Below, one piece after another: positions 40,747-41,503 of a stretch of DNA of 41,503 nucleotides. The DNA comes from a virus. The stretch spans positions 1 to 41,503 of IMG/VR virus record IMGVR_UViG_3300029811_000005, one strand, 5' to 3'. Position 1 is the first letter of the stretch, and each line of letters begins with the position of its first letter. The notes below the pieces were generated by a model. It was not told the DNA's origin and ran no database searches. It saw only the letters and a list, made by a program, of their open reading frames with translations. Position numbers and translations under genes: made by a program.

Positions 40747-40932
40747 CTAACATTGACTTCCCTCTTCCTTAATAATCTTTTCCCGTAGTTCATATAGGGT
40801 GTCGTACTCATCCCAATTACTCTTATTAGCAATCACTTTTTTCTCTGCTTCATCCATAGCTTTCTCAATAACCTCTACTTTCTTCCACATTGCCCTGTTT
40901 TTCTTTATAAAGTCCATCTCCCCACTACTCAT
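40747..40932 (-). CDS. Hypothetical protein, 61 aa
   Basis: ORF track 40747-40965. The internal ATG at 40932 has a GAGAGGT SD 7 nt upstream. Confidence 0.5.
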   Translation of the reverse strand: MSSGEMDFIKKNRAMWKKVEVIEKAMDEAEKKVIANKSNWDEYDTLYELREKIIKEEGSQC

Positions 40933-40936
40933 TTCA

Positions 40937-41308
40937 CTAACCTCTCTTTGAGGAAGGCTTGCCACTCTTGAAATATGTTTTGATATGGTCTACTAGGCTT
41001 TTAGTAAGACCAAACGAGTCAGTACGAACTCCATATTTAGCATCAAACTCGGCATAAGGTAATCTCTCCCAATCCTCCACGAACTCCACCACTTCCTTTA
41101 TCCCTTCCTGTTTGCCTTTGTCTTCCCCTGCCTTGAATGCAATATCCCCGGTAATTTTAGCCTGGTCTTTTAATAGATGCTCTTTGCATTGGTCGCATAT
41201 TTCCCTTGAAACATCCTCTTTATATGTCAATGCCTCTCGGACTTGCTCTTTAGTCATTACTGTGTCTTCCCATTTTTTAGCTTCCATCATTTGCCCTCCT
41301 CTATTCAT
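40937..41308 (-). CDS. Hypothetical protein, about 116-123 aa (…AFKAGEDKGKQEGIKEVVEFVEDWE…)
   Basis: ORF track. Alternative starts at 41290/41287 sit behind GAGGAGGG. Confidence 0.55.
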   Translation of the reverse strand: MNRGGQMMEAKKWEDTVMTKEQVREALTYKEDVSREICDQCKEHLLKDQAKITGDIAFKAGEDKGKQEGIKEVVEFVEDWERLPYAEFDAKYGVRTDSFGLTKSLVDHIKTYFKSGKPSSKRG

Positions 41309-41311
41309 CGC

Positions 41312-41503
41312 TTAAAATAACTCCTCTTCTTCATCGTGGCTGCCAGAATCAATCAGCTTTATATCCGTGAACTCCACGCCTCTTTTTATATTGAAGCTCC
41401 ATTGCATATTGTTAGGATTGACAGTGTCTTTTACTGGCTCTTTTACATAGAGGAGCTTTAATTTGTGTTCGCTTATGCTTATATATAAAATAGCCCGCTT
41501 GGA
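41312..41503 (-). CDS. C-terminal end of the same ATPase gene (41363-41503 duplicates 1-141); ends ...IKLIDSGSHDEEEELF*
   Basis: The frame is continuous across the circular junction (17 codons 41362-41312, stop TAA at 41314-41312). The joined protein is 356 aa. Confidence 0.6.
   Translation of the reverse strand, partial: SKRAILYISISEHKLKLLYVKEPVKDTVNPNNMQWSFNIKRGVEFTDIKLIDSGSHDEEEELF
41363..41503. repeat. Terminal direct repeat, copy 2 (exact duplicate of 1-141)
   Basis: Same as copy 1. The unique genome length is therefore 41,362 bp. Confidence 0.95.

Noticed and set aside
1-41503. Stop-codon reassignment (TAG or TGA recoding) as seen in some metagenomic phages
   Set aside because: All large structural and enzymatic genes are intact long ORFs under the standard code, and gene junctions use all three stops normally.

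Overview
The window is one complete, circularly closed genome of a tailed dsDNA phage. The first 141 nt are repeated exactly as the last 141 nt, so the unique length is 41,362 bp, and the break point falls inside a gene. It is probably temperate and probably infects a bacterium, given GGAGG-type Shine-Dalgarno sites and TTGACA-type promoters. By my count only about 7% is non-coding, and almost every gene is on the minus strand, often joined by ATGA, TAATG or GTGA stop/start overlaps.

Reading the minus strand from high to low coordinates:
- **Early/replication module, part 1 (41308 -> 33145):** many small hypothetical proteins, a NinG/Rap-like nuclease, two DNA methyltransferases, an HNH endonuclease, a sigma-region-4/ArpU-like regulator and a calcineurin-type phosphoesterase.
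- **Counter-oriented cassette (31903-32873, + strand):** five tiny genes.
- **Packaging/virion module (31523 -> 6424):** small-terminase-like gene, TerL, portal, a second HNH, a 1197-aa virion protein, scaffold, HK97-like capsid, a glycosyltransferase-methyltransferase fusion, a 1151-aa repeat-rich fibre and a 921-aa receptor-binding-type protein. I recognise no tail tube, sheath or tape measure, which suggests a podovirus-like virion.
- **Lysogeny switch (5694-6320):** divergent promoters.
- **Early module, part 2 (5693 -> 1, continuing at 41362):** Xis-like HTH, ASCH, tyrosine integrase, a DUF5131/Gp37 radical-SAM-like protein and a P-loop helicase-like ATPase that spans the circular junction.

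The most unusual items:
- A roughly 420-nt hairpin-dense transcript unit (34349-34770) inside an ORF-poor gap of about 650 nt (34159-34806). It has three terminator-like hairpins and mutually exclusive pairings, and it sits directly behind the sigma-like regulator.
- A switch region with a putatively leaderless transcript, a perfect 17-bp palindrome, a 15-bp inverted repeat bracketing the only + strand gene there, and an 11-bp-phased TCGGCA array.
- A 540-nt intergenic region upstream of the capsid operon with + strand promoter-like sites, a 70-nt hairpin RNA candidate and a small membrane ORF.

I found no rRNA, tRNA, CRISPR array or transposon. All functional calls come from motifs read by eye. 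No database search was possible.
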